DNA of 64,000 nucleotides from Malacoraja senta (lineage: Eukaryota), in assembly GCA_038087875.1 (NCBI GenBank), contig CM075995.1:4776001-4840000 (forward strand), written 5' to 3'. The number at the start of each line of letters is the position of its first letter. Within the stretch, counting starts at the first letter, position 1. Below are positions 1 to 11,847 of this stretch, piece after piece. The translations under genes and the position numbers were made by a program. The notes beneath the pieces are model-generated. The model was not told the origin of the DNA and ran no database searches. It saw only the letters and a list, made by a program, of their open reading frames with translations.

Positions 1-119
1 ATCCTCGGTTCCCCTAGTATTTCTTGGAGATTGTGTCTACCTTAGTGAAGACAGAACCAAAGTGCTTGTTTAACTGGTCTGCCATTTCCTTGTTTCCTCA
101 TTATAAATTCACATTATAA

Positions 120-495
120 AAAGATTATGAGGGGAATAGATAGGGTGAATGATGCAGACCAGTTAAACAGTCTTATTCCCACGGTAGCTGAGATCAAGTA
201 CCACAGGACACAGATTTAAGGGGCGAGGGGATAGATTACATAGGAACCTGAGGGGCAACTTTTTCACACTGAGGGTGATGGGGATATGGAACGAGCTGCC
301 TGAGTCGTTAGTTGAACCAGGTGCCATAACAACATTTAAAATACATTTGGATGGGTACATGGATAGGAAAGGTTTAGAGTGATATGGGCCAAAAATGGAC
401 AGGTGGGCCTCATGTAGATGGGGCATCTTGGTCGGCATGGGCAGGTTGGGCCGAAGGGCTTGTTTCCATGCTGTAGGACTCAATGACTCTACTAT
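120..495 (+). mobile_element. CR1/HER1-type LINE 3' fragment
   Basis: Degenerate ORF2 C-terminus (RTTGHRFKGR...LRGNFFT..V..IWNELP-like) followed by the GGCCGAAGGGC.TGTTTCCATGCTGTA tail shared with the SINEs. Confidence 0.8.
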
Positions 496-1060
496 GATAC
501 TTTATTGTGACAAGCTAATTGCATTTTGTGAAATAGATTATGTAAACAAGACAGCCTGTAATACACAGCCGGTTCCAGCGCATTGTATGGGTAATTTAAA
601 TGCTCTATTAATCCCTTTACTTCCCCCAACTATCAGTACTTCTTAAGATTATGGATATGGAAACCCAGACATTTGGGGGACAATTTACTAGTTTACTGTG
701 TATTTATAATCCTGCAGATAGTCTAAAACCACAGGAATCCAGAGAAGAAGAAAAAACATGGCATGTTGGGATATTAAAGTTCTGTCAATTTCTGAGTATG
801 TACCTCCACTGTACAGCTGTCAGCCCTACTAGCGTGGGTGGTTAGTCACTCACTATGTGGATATGACTATCAGGTTTCTCCATGATCTCACATTTATTTG
901 AATACAAGAGCAGAAATTTCAAATGGAGAACATGAAATGCTGGAACAAAGTGCTGTGTTGGAGACTGAGATCCAAGATGGCGCTCAACCCAGGCGACTAT
1001 CAGTGTGCTCGCCACAGAAGTGGATCTGCAATCACTCATCACAATCGCTCCACACCTTTA

Positions 1061-1522
1061 CATAGAAACATAGAAAATATGTGCAGGAGTAGGCCATTCG
1101 GCCCTTCGAGCCTGCACCGCCATTCAATATGATCATGGCTGATCATCCAACTCAGTATCCCATCCCTGCCTTCTCTCCATACCCCCTGATCCTTTTAGCC
1201 ACAAGGGCCACATCTAACTCCCTCTTAAATATAGTCAATGAACTGGCCTCAACTACCTTCTGTGGCAGAGAATTCCTCAGATTCACCACTCTCTATGTAA
1301 AAAATGATTTCTCATCTCGGTCCTAAAAGATTTCCCTCTTATCCTTAAACTGTGACCCCTAGTTCTGGACTTCCCCAACATCGGGAATAATCTTCCTGCA
1401 TCTAGCCTGTCCAACCCCTTAAGAATGTTGTAAGTTTCTATGAGATCCCCCCTCAATCTTCTAATTTCTAGTGTGTACAAGCCAAGTCTATCCAGTCTTT
1501 CTTCATATGAAAGTTCTGCCAT
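1061..1522 (-). mobile_element. 5'-truncated CR1 LINE 3' end
   Basis: ORF 1283-1522 LSYEERLDRLGLYTLEIRRLRGDLIETY...RTRGHSLRI is the CR1 ORF2 C-terminus; (TTTCTATG)n tail at ~1061-1078. Confidence 0.9.
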
Positions 1523-2177
1523 CTAAAGTTCTGCCATCTAAAGTCCTGCCATTTAAATCTCTACTCTTATAGCAACATTTCATACTGAAGAAGGGTGTCG
1601 TCCCAAAACGTTGCCCATTCCTTTTCTCCAGTGATGCAGCTTTTTGTGTCTATCTTCGGTTTAAATCAGCATCAGCGGTTCCTTCCTACACATTTTATAC
1701 TTCAACTATGATATCTGTACACTGAATGGCTCGATTGTAATCATGTATTGTCTTTCTGCTGACTGGTTAGCATGCAACAAAAAGCTTTTCACTCTACCTC
1801 GGTACACGTGACAATAAATAAGCTAAATTAAACCAAAACTAAATGAAGCTAACTCTGCGGGTCACCCAGCATCTCTTGAGGCAATGGGTAGCTGATATTT
1901 TGAGTCAAGTCCCTTCTTTAGACTTATGGGTAGTTTGGGGCAGAGAGCAGGAAGAAAGGTTGGGACAGGACAAAGCCTGTGGCAAGTGATAGGTGGATAC
2001 AGTGACCGTGTGTGTGTGTGATCGGCAGGTGGGTGGACAAAGGCTAGAGATGTAAAAGGAGAAAACGAGGTGTCAAATAGGGAAAGAACCTGTGAAGGAT
2101 GAATGAATTGTAATGCCAGAGGGAGGGGGGAAATACAGGTGGAAGAGAACAACATAAAGGGGGTAGGATAGTGGGAG

Positions 2178-2855
2178 ACGCAGCTCTACAGGACTTTGGT
2201 TAGGCTGCATTTGGACTATCGTGTGCAGTTCTGGTCACCCCATTACAGGAAAAATGTGGAGGCTTTGGAGAGGTTGCAGAGGAGGTTTACCAGAATGCTG
2301 CCTGGATTAGAGGGTTTCAGCTACAGGGCGAGGTTGGATAGACATGGATTGTTGTCTCTGGAATGACATAGGTTGAGGGATGCTTGATAGAAGTAAATAA
2401 AATGATGAGAGGCTTAAATAGGGTAGTCAGAACCTTTTTTCCCCATGGTGGAAATGTCCAACACTAGAGGGCATAACTAAGGTAAGAGGGGGAAAGTTTT
2501 ATGTCCAGCACAAGTTTTTTTACACAGAGAGTGGTGGGGGCCTGGAACGCATTGCCAGGGGTGGTGGTGGAGGCAGATATAGTGGCATTTAAGAGGATTT
2601 CAGATAGGCAGATGGAAGGATATGGATCATGTGCAGGCAGAGTGTCAGGGGTTAGGGGGCGAAGGCAGGGGAATGGGGTTGAGATGGAAAGGTAGATCAG
2701 CCATGATTGAGTGATGGAGTAGACTTGATGGGCCGAACGTCCTTATTCTGCTCCTAGAACTTATGAAGTTGAGAACAGTTTAACTAGGCATCATGTTTAG
2801 CACAAACATTGTGGGCCAAAGGGCCTGTTCCTGTGCTGTGCTGTTCTATGTTCTA
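2178..2855 (+). mobile_element. Degenerate CR1 LINE 3' fragment(s)
   Basis: QLYRTLVRLHLDY.VQFWSPHYRK and FFTQRVVGAWNALP motifs with stops and frameshifts; CR1-type tail. Confidence 0.8.
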
Positions 2856-3204
2856 AATGCTTGGGGCACATGAAACAGATGGGATAGAGGGGGCACAGGA
2901 GGGAGAGAGAGGGAAGAAGTGAGGATGGACGGAGAAGAGAGGGGGGGGGGGGAATTTGGGGGGGGGGGGGAGAGGTTTACCTAAAATTGGAGCATTCAAT
3001 ATTTATATGGTTGGGTTGTAAGTTACCCATTAAATTTCCCATTTGTCTCCATGAAATGATTGCAAGTGGCCGCCTGTCCTTTCGCAAGGAAATATACTGA
3101 AGCTTAGCCAGACTCCTAGTGCGCTGGATATAAAACTTATCGGCATCAGACACTTTGCAAGCGCTCCACCTGAGAAGGTGTTGCAAGCAATGTTTGCTAC
3201 ATGA

Positions 3205-3320
3205 TCAGTCCCCGGAAGCTGCTGTCAGTCAGTGGCGGGGCGGGGCGGCGCTGGCGATGAGAGCGCTTGGAGCTGGTGCATCGATTCGAGGCTGCAGCGA
3301 GGAAGGCGAGGGTCCACCAA
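3205..3320 (+). promoter_or_regulatory. Small CpG/GC-rich unique segment with ETS-like CCGGAAG and tandem GC boxes
   Basis: CCCCGGAAGC at ~3210 and GGCGGGGCGGGGCGGCG at ~3234-3250 in non-repetitive, locally CpG-rich sequence upstream of a splice-donor match at 3420. Motif match only. Confidence 0.3.
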
Positions 3321-3380
3321 GCAAACGCCCACCACAGCACTTCTTCACCTTGTGGTGGCTTCACCTGCACACCATCCCAG

Positions 3381-3419
3381 AAGAACCTGGATCCAACAAA
3401 AGCGTCCCCGACCCTGCAG
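3381..3419 (+). CDS. Candidate 39-nt exon (KNLDPTKASPTLQ in phase 0), or 3' end of a longer first exon
   Basis: CTTCACCTGCACACCATCCCAG acceptor with TGC at -15; donor CAG|GTTAGT; length a multiple of 3. Host gene not recognised. Confidence 0.3.
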
Positions 3420-3474
3420 GTTAGTGTAAAGTAATGCACTTTAAACATTCACATTTTGACTGCAGCATTTGTTA

Positions 3475-3885
3475 CATATGCAAATTGCTGGAGAGAAAAA
3501 CGGGTCTGGAGAGAAGGAATGGGTGTCGTTTCGGGTCGAGACACTTCCTCAAACTGAGTCAGGGGAGAGGGAGACTAGAGATATGGAAGGGCAAGGTGTG
3601 AAAACGACAGATCAAAGCAGATGCTGGTAAGGAAATGTACAGTGGTTCATTTTTAATTGAGGGTAAGGTGACAAGGAGGCATACAATCAGTAAAATGAAG
3701 ATAGACACAAAATGCTGGAGTAACTCAGCGGGTCAGGCAGCATCCCTGGAGAGAAGGAGAAAGGAAATGACCATCCCTTGCTTTCCCTCTCCCATCCTAG
3801 TTCTCCGACTGGTTTCACTATCCTGATTAATTTTACTGTTTGTATGCCTCGTTGTCACTTTCCCTTCAGCCAAGAATGAACCATT
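3475..3885. mobile_element. Penelope-like terminal repeat fragments in both orientations
   Basis: GTTTCGGGTCGAGAC.CTTC and ACACAAAATGCTGGAGTAACTCAGCGGG modules; 3625-3695 is inverted relative to 3825-3885. Confidence 0.7.
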
Positions 3886-3886
3886 A

Positions 3887-5110
3887 GAAACATAGAAAAT
3901 AGGTGCAGGAGTAGGCCATTCGGCCCTTCGAGCCTGCACCGCCATTCAATATGATCATGGCTGATCATCCAACTCAGTATCCTGTACCTGCCTTCTCTCC
4001 ATACCCCCTGATCCCTTTAGCCACATGGGCCACATCTAACTCCCTCTTAAATATAGCCAATGAACTGGCCTCGACTACCTTCTGTTGCAGAGAATTCCAG
4101 AGATTCACCACTCTCTGTGTGAAAAATGTTTTTCTCATCTCGGTCCTAAAAGATTTCCCCCTTATCCTTAAACTGTGACCCCTTGATCTGGACTTCCCCA
4201 ACATCGGGAACAATCTTCCTGCATCTAGCCTGTCCAACCCCTTAAGAATTTTGTAAGTTTCTATAAGATCCCCCCTCAATCTTCTAAATTCTAGCGAGTG
4301 CAAGCCGAGTCTATCCAGTCTTTCTTCATATGAAAGTCCGGACATCCCAGGAATCAGTCTGGTGAACCTTCTCTGTACTCCCTCTATGGCAAGAATGTCT
4401 TTCCTCAGATTTGGAGACCAAAACTGTACGCAATACTCCAGGTGTGGTTTCACCAAGACCCAGTACAACTGCAGTAGAACCTCCCTGCTCCGATACTCAA
4501 ATCCTTTTGCTATGAATGCTAACATACCATTCGCTTTCTTCACTGCCTGCTGCACCTGCATGCCTACTTTCAATGACTGGTGTACCATGACACCCAGGTC
4601 TCGTTGCATGTCGCCTTTTCCTAATCGGCCACCATTCAGATAATAGTCTACTTTCCTGTTTTTGCCACCAAAGTGGATAACCTCACATTTATCCACATTA
4701 TACTGCATCTGCCATGCATTTGCCCACTCACCCAGCCTATCCAAGTCACCTTGCAGCCTCCTAGCATCCTCCTCACAGCTAACACTGCCCCCCAGCTTCG
4801 TGTCATCCGCAAACTTGGAGATGTTGCATTCAATTCCCTCGTCCAAATCATTAATATATATTGTAAATAGCTGGGGTCCCAGCACTGAGCCTTGCGGTAC
4901 CCCACTAGTCACTGCCTGCCATTCTGAAAAGGACCCGTTTACTCCTACTCTTTGCTTCCTGTCTGCCAGCCAGTTCTCTATCCACATCAATACTGAACCC
5001 CCAATACCGTGTGCTTTAAGTTTGTATACTAATCTCTGAAAGTCCAGATATAACACATCCACTGGTTCTCCCTTATCCACTCTACTAGTTACATCCTCGA
5101 AAAATTCTAC
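3887..5110 (-). mobile_element. CR1 LINE ORF2 (reverse transcriptase to 3' end), 5'-truncated
   Basis: 411-aa ORF with VDVLYLDFQ, SGVPQGSVLGPQLFTIYINDL, KFADDTKL and RRLRGDLIETYKI; small in-frame deletion of the KAFDKVPH motif; CR1 tail. Confidence 0.96.
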
Positions 5111-5277
5111 ATTTTCCTTTGTCACTCCCCTTTGATCTGTCGTTTCACACCTTACCCATATCGCAAATTTCCCTCTCTCCTGAAGAAGGGTCTTGAACCG
5201 AAATGTCACCCATTCCTCCTCTCCTGAGATGCTGCCTGACCCTCTGAGTTACTCCAGCATTTTGTGTCTATCTTCGC
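5110..5277 (+). mobile_element. Penelope-like terminal repeat between two head-to-head CR1s
   Basis: CTGAAGAAGGGTCTTGAACCGAAATGTCACC...GAGTTACTCCAGCATTTTGTGTCTATCTTCG module. Confidence 0.75.
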
Positions 5278-7468
5278 AAAGATTTAAGGATGAACTCCAA
5301 AAATTGTTCAACCCTGAATCGCGAAAAAATAAAATGGGGAAGGCGTCTCAACCGTGGCTAACGAGGGAAATCAAGGATAGTGTTAAATCCAAGGAAAAGG
5401 CATATAAATTGGCCAAAGGAAGCAGCAAACCGGAGAAATCTAGAATTCAACAGAGGAGGACAAAGGGGTTAATTAAGAGGGGGGAAAAGAGCATGAAAGA
5501 AAGCTTGCGGGGAATATAAAAACGGACTCTAAAAGCTTCTTTACCTATGTAATAAGGAAAAGATTAGTGAAGACAAATGTAAGGCCCTTACAATCAGAGA
5601 TAGGTGAATTTATAGTGGGAAACAAAGAAATGGCAGAACAGTTAAACAAGCACTTTGGTTCTGTCTTCACTAAGGAAGACACAAACAATCTCCCCGAAAT
5701 ACTAGGGGACCGAGGATCTAGTGGGAGGGAGGAACTGAAGGGAATCCACATTAGTCAGAAAATGGTGTTAGGTAAACTGTTGGGACTGGAGGCAGATAAA
5801 TCCCCAGGGCCCGATGGTCTGCATCCCAGAGTACTTAAGGAGGTGGCCCTAGAAATCATAGATGCATTGGTGATCATTTTCCAATGTTCTCTCGACTCTG
5901 GATCAGTTCCTGTGGACTGAAGGGTAGCCAATGTAACCCTGCTTTTTAAGAAAGGAGGGAGAGAGAAAACGGGGAATTAAAGACCAGTTAGCCTTACATT
6001 GGTAGTGGGGAAGATGCTTGAGTCGATTGATAAAGATGTTATAGCAGCGCATTTGGTGATCGCTTCGCCCAGCACCTCCGCTCGGTTCGCAATAACCAAC
6101 CTGATCTCCCGGTGGCTCAGCACTTCAACTCCCCCTCCCATTCTGAATCTGACCTTTCTGTCCTCGGCCTCCTCCATGGCCAGAGTGAGGAGAGTGAGGA
6201 CCACCGTAAATTGGAGGAGCAGCACCTCATATTTCGCTTGGGCAGTTTGCACCCCAGCGGTATGAACATTGACTTCTCTAATTTCAGGTAGTCCTTTCTT
6301 TCTCCTCCCCATCTCAGCTCTCCCTCAGCCCACTGGCTCCACCTCTTTCTTTCTTCTTCCTGCCCCCTCCCCCCCCCCACCGAAGGGTTTCGGCCCGAAA
6401 CGTTGCCTATTTCCTTCGCTCCATAGATGCTGCCTCACCCGCTGAGTTTCTCCAGCATTTTTGTCTACCTTCAGTCAAAGTCAGCATGGATTTATGAAGG
6501 GGCAATCATGCTTGACTAATCTTCTGGAATTTTTTGAGGATGTAACAAGTAGAATGGATAAGGGAGAGCCAGTGGATGTGGTGTATCTGGACTTTTTGAC
6601 AGCGTCCCACACAAGAGATTAGTGTGCAAAATTAGAGCACATGGTATTGGGGGTAGGGTATTGACATGGATAGAGTACTGGTTGGCAGACAGGAAGCAAA
6701 GAGTAGGAATTAACAGGTCCTTTTCAGAATGGCAGGCAGTGACTAGTGGGGTGCCGCAAGGCTCAGTGCTGGGACCCCAGTTATTTACAATATATATTAA
6801 CGATTTAGACGAGGGAATTAAATGTGACATCTCCAAATTTGCGAATGCCACAAAGCTGGGTGGCAGTGTGAGCTGCGAGGAGGATGCTATGAGGCTGCAG
6901 GGTGACTTGGATAGGTTGGGTGAGTGGGCAGATACATGGCAGATGCAGTATAATGTGGATAAATGTGAAGTTATCCACTTTGGTGGCAATAACAGGAAGG
7001 CAGATTATTATCTGAATTATGTAAGATTAGGAAAAGGGGAGGTGCAACAAAACCATGGTGTGCTTGTATATCAGTCACTGAAAGTAAGCATGCAGGTGCA
7101 GCAGGCCGTGAAGAAAGTTGGTCTTCATTGCAAGAAGATTTGAGTTTAGGAGCAAGGAGGTCCGACTGAAGTTGTACAGGGCCCCGATGAGACTGCACCT
7201 GGAGTATTGTGTGCAATTTTGTTCTTCTAATTTGAGGAAGGACATTATTGCTATTGAGTGAGTGCAGCCTAGGTTCACCAGGTTAATTCCCGGGATGGCG
7301 GGACTGACATATGATGAAAGAATGGGTCAACTGGGCTAAAGGAATCAAGGGATATGGGGAAAAAGCAGGAACAGGGTACTGATTCTAGATGATCAGCCAT
7401 GATCATATTCAATGCCGGTGCTGCCTCAGAGGGCTGAATGGCCTACTCCTGCACCTATTTTTCTATGT
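5278..7468 (+). mobile_element. Degenerate CR1 LINE ORF2, interrupted by a Penelope fragment and internally deleted near its 3' end
   Basis: PWLTREIK, KSPGPDGLHPRVLKE, SGVPQGSVLGPQLF and KFANATKL (degenerate FADD); stops and frameshifts; CR1 tail at ~7340-7468. Confidence 0.95.
6055..6472 (+). mobile_element. Penelope-like element 3' fragment (GIY-YIG endonuclease C-terminus plus terminal repeat) nested in CR1
   Basis: Manual translation of 6055-6291: GDRFAQHLRSVRNNQPDLPVAQHFNSPSHSESDLSVLGLLHGQSEESEDHRKLEEQHLIFRLGSLHPSGMNIDFSNFR*, matching the RF..H...HF...LE...I..L....P.G.N pattern of Penelope endonucleases. CR1 coding sequence resumes at ~6473. Confidence 0.85.
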
Positions 7469-8050
7469 TTTGGTGCAAACCAGCCTTTGCACTTCCTTCC
7501 TACACATTTGCTAAACGCAGTTGCCCAATGTCATTTGTGATGCTTCTCAGAAATTGCTTAATGGTTCCTTCCGAAGTTAGTTATGTATCAGGGGGGTGGG
7601 GAGGGGAGGAGAGACTCAGACTCTGAACGTAACTTCAGTGGCTGGATTTAGGTTCCCTGGTGGAGTTATGTTGAAACATGCAGATGGTGCTCTGATGAAG
7701 TGTCTCGACCTGAAACGTCACCTATTCCTTCTCTCCTGAGATGCTGCCTGTCCCGGGTCGAGTTACTCCAGCAATTTGTGTCTATCAATGATGCTCTTTA
7801 AAATACTTGCAGAACCTCTCACGTAGTCATCATCTGAATCCATTGGTATTCACGACGTTGACCTCTAGATCTTGACCTCTAGATCTGGAGAAGGCAGGAA
7901 CGGGGTACTGATTGGGGATGATCAGCCATGATCACATTGAATGGCTGGCTCGAAGGGCCAAATGGCCTACTCCTGCACCTATTGACTATTGTCTATTTAC
8001 CTGTGGCTGTTAACATGGATCAGTAAGCACTCAGTGTAAATGATCAAATG

Positions 8051-10336
8051 ATCTCTGGATGCAGAGAAAGCATTTGATCAGGTAGAGTGGCAGTATTTAT
8101 ATAAAGTACTGCAAAAATTTAATATGGGAGAGAATTTTATTGCATGGGTAAAATTATTATATGATAAACCGATGGCAAGAATATTAACCAATAATATGTT
8201 ATCTCCAAAATTTCAATTATCAAGGGGCAATAGGCAGGGATGTGCGTTATCACCCCTGCTATTTGCCCCTGGCTGAAAGTATAAGAATTCATCTGAATAT
8301 CCAGGGATACAATACTAGGGACTCAAATAATAAAATTTCATTATATGCAGACGATATACTTTTATATATTACAAATTCACAAACGAGCATACCAAATTTA
8401 TTTAATTTAATAGAGGAATTCGGGTCCTTTTCTGGATATAGAATAAACTGGAATAAAAGTGAAATCATGACGTTAAAACCTCAAGAATCTACACACTTAT
8501 TGAAATTCCCCTTTAAAATTGCAACAGAAAAATTTAAATATTTAGGTATTCAAATTACTAGAAAATATAAAGCATTATTTAACGCTAATTTTATGCCTTT
8601 ATTAAATAAACTCAACACGTTGATTACATTCTGGAAAACACTTCCCTTATCATTAATAGGTAGAATAAACGCTATTAAAATGATCTTTCTACCACAATTA
8701 TTATACCTATTTCAATCTATACCATTATATACACCAATTTTTTTTAATTTTTAATTAGACTCTAATATTACTAATTTTATTTGGGATTATAGATCACACA
8801 GAATTTAAAAAAAACACTTATGTGAACCAAAAGAGGTCGGGGGACTTTCACTTCCGAACTTTTTGTATTACTATTGGGCAGTGCATATTAAGAATATAAT
8901 TTACTGGTTGGACAGTTCTACCCAACAGACAGAATGGATAAGAATGGAGAAAGAGGATTGTTTTCCTTGTAATATAGGGGCGATCCTCTTCTCCCTGACA
9001 AAACTGAACAACACAATATATAAGAAGAACCCAATTATACATGATACAATAAGAATTTGGAAACAGATAAAATTATCTCTAAAATTAAGAAATCTATCAT
9101 TGTTAATGCCAATAGCGAATAATCCTTCATTTAAACCATTGATAAAACATATAACCAAAGGGAAAGAATGGGAATTAAAAGGATCGGTGATATGTATGAA
9201 ATGGGAAACCTATTATCATTCCAACAATTATAATTAAAATTTAAACTGAAAAATAACCAATATTTTAAATATCTTCAGATTTGCGATTTCATGAAGAAAT
9301 ACAAACAAGGATATCAAAACATAACTTTTGATTTACTGGAAGAAGCAATGAATATTAAGGCTGACTCACAGAAATTAATATCATATTTATATAATAGTAT
9401 TTTAAATATAGACCTACCATCGACAGAGGTACTTAGAGAAGAGTGGGAACGGGAATTAATGATAAAACTTACGAAGGTTACATGGGAAAAGTATTTGATA
9501 TATATACACAAATGTTCGATTAATGCAAGATAATTTAATTCAATTTAAAATTTTACATAGATTATATTATTCAAAAACTAGATTGAATAAATTTTATCCA
9601 AATATATCCCCCATTTGTGATAAATGTCTATCCCAAAACGCAACTATAACACACTCTTTCGTTTCCTGCATAAAACTTTATAAATGTTGGAGTGATATTT
9701 TTGAAATATTTACAAAATTATTCAAGATAAAAATGGAACCTAATACTGAAATGATTATATTTGGAGTAATGGAAGACGGGAATAAATTGAACTCATCTCA
9801 AAATTTATTTTTTAATTATGGTTTAATAATAGCAAAAAAACTAATACTTAAATTCTGGAAAAATACACCAATACCAATGCTTAAAATGTGGATTTCAAGC
9901 ATGTTGGACACCGCACATCTTGAGGAAATGCGATTCCTCCTGATAGATAAATCAGACCAATTCTTAACGAGTTGGTCTCCATTTGTCGTCTTTTTGGAAG
10001 CATATGGTGCAACACAATTGTAGAAGCTAACTGTTCCAGGACTGGGTGAGGGATGGTTAAGATTATAAATAATGATCTCCTTATTTTTCTTTTTTCTTTT
10101 CTACTCTCTTTCTTTCTACTTTTCTTCTTTCACTCTTTTTTTTCTTTTTCACATACTATATATCTCACGTTTTTCTATCTTTTATTATCTATTCTCTTTT
10201 TCTTTTTCTTCTTTATTATAGTAAAAAATATATAAGAAGCTGTACATAAAATGTATTATGTCAATATATATTAGGCACTTTGGTGCCATATGATTGTACT
10301 TACTTCTAATAAAATTAAAATATATATATTTTTTAA
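8051..10336 (+). mobile_element. 5'-truncated L1-clade LINE ORF2 with 15-bp TSD
   Basis: SLDAEKAFDQVEW, RGNRQGCALSPLLF, ISLYADDILLYI, FKYLGIQI, LSLIGRINAIKM and C-terminal CDKC...H....C zinc knuckle; T-rich 3' UTR; AATAAA at 10308; GTAAATGATCAAATG at 8036-8050 and 10337-10351. Confidence 0.95.
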
Positions 10337-10729
10337 GTAAATGATCAAATGTGGTACTGGTTTCTGCATGATTAATAGTGGGCTGTGTTTGGCTTTTAAA
10401 ATGTGGCGTCTCTCATTCCTCCCTTAATTAAGGAGTCACCTAACTATTCAAAGGCTGTGGGCTGGCTGGTTCTTGTAGATGGTACCTGCTGCAGCCATCA
10501 AGTGTTGATGATGAAGAGTTCAAATGTTTAAGCAGGTGGGTGGCTTGCCAACCAAACCGGTTGCAGTGACCTGGCCGGTGTCAAGTTTCTCTGGCGTCGC
10601 TGTAATGTATTCCAGCCCACTGTCGACATGTATATTTGTAGGTGATGTGCAGGCAGATGGCATTAGTTTAAGTTGTCATCATAATCAGTGTAGACATGGT
10701 GGGTTGAAGGGCCTGTACCTCTGCTGTAG

Positions 10730-11150
10730 TGTATAGGTAAGAGCTGCAGATGCTGGTTTAAATTGGAGATAGACGCAAAGCTGGAGGTACTCAGCGGGAC
10801 AGGCAGCATTTCTGGAGAGAAGGAATGGGTGACGTTTCAGGTTGAGACCCTTCTTCAGACTGGTTAGGGATAAGGGAAACGAGAGATATAGACGATGAGG
10901 TAGGGGAATAAAGAACAATGAATGAAAGATACGCAAAAAAGTAACGATGATAAAGCATTGTTAGCTGTTTGTAGGGTGAAAACGAGAAGTTGGTGTGACT
11001 TGGGTGGGGGTGGGATAGAGGGAGAGGGAATGCCGGGGCTAATTGAAATGAGAAAAATCAATATTCATATCACTGGGCGGTAAGCTGCCCAAGCGAAATA
11101 TGGGATACAATTCCTCCAATTTGCGTTTAGTCACGCTGGCAATGGAAGAG
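10730..11150 (-). mobile_element. Penelope-like 3' fragment
   Basis: Terminal repeat module followed by the reverse complement of the endonuclease C-terminus (GCTGCCCAAGCGAAATAT...CCTCCAATTTGCG). Confidence 0.8.
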
Positions 11151-11375
11151 ACTGCTGTATTCTATTTTTTTAACGAAAAGCTTTGCGGTGTCAGAAGATG
11201 CATTAATTAGTTGTTAATAATTAATGCAGTTAATGGGATTAATTTTAGTTCCTAACTCAGAGCTGTGATTTCAATGTGAATCACTCACTAATAAATGTGT
11301 AGAGTTGCTCTCTTTCCTAATGGTGACATTTTGGGTTGGGACCCTTCTTCAGAGTGGCCTCAAAAAACACTCAAT

Positions 11376-11403
11376 CTGAAGAAGGGTCTCGACCCGAAAC
11401 GTC
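11376..11403 (+). ncRNA. Minimal hammerhead-ribozyme-like motif in a Penelope terminal repeat (best-preserved copy)
   Basis: CUGAAGA-A-GGGU(CUCG)ACCC-GAAA-CG-UC: CUGANGA box, stem II, GAAA box, palindromic ACGU stem III and a GUC cleavage triplet. Stem I is weak in this copy. Confidence 0.6.
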
Positions 11404-11847
11404 ACCTGTCCATGTTCTCCAGGGATGCTGTCTGCCCCGCAGAGTTACTCCAGCACGTTGTCTTTTTTTGTAAACCAGCAACTCCAGTTCCTTCTTTCTC
11501 TACTACGATTCCACTCGATGGTCTACAGTTGGATAGATCACTCTTTGACACACTGGGGCCAACACTCCTGTGAGGCGGAACCTACTTTGTTATGATGCTA
11601 ATGTGATGTGTGAATAATGTGCCCCATGTGTTAACAAGTGCTCTGTACAATGCAGCCAGTTATATTTGTTGCCTGATGAAATTAATCTTACCGATTTTTT
11701 CTTTCAAACCTTTTCACATCATTGCCACCGTAAGACCACCAAGTGTTTTTTTTTTCATCCTTCACTTGTAGATGCCTCTCTCAGGACAAAAGTAATTCAA
11801 GTTTTTCAGCACACCTCAACTTTGCACTGAAATGTCAGCCTCGATAA

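Noticed and set aside
651..845. 64-aa ORF in unique sequence
   Set aside because: No recognisable motif and no convincing splice-site pair.
3974..5209. 411-aa ORF as a host gene or novel RT system
   Set aside because: It is a truncated CR1 ORF2 with a deleted conserved motif, and its N-terminus is read-through from an adjacent Penelope repeat.
10053..10235. Hydrophobic F/L-rich ORF resembling a membrane peptide
   Set aside because: Translation of the T-rich L1 3' UTR.
11771..11790. Strong pyrimidine tract plus AG followed by GTAATT
   Set aside because: The resulting 20-nt exon is not frame-preserving and the donor is weak.
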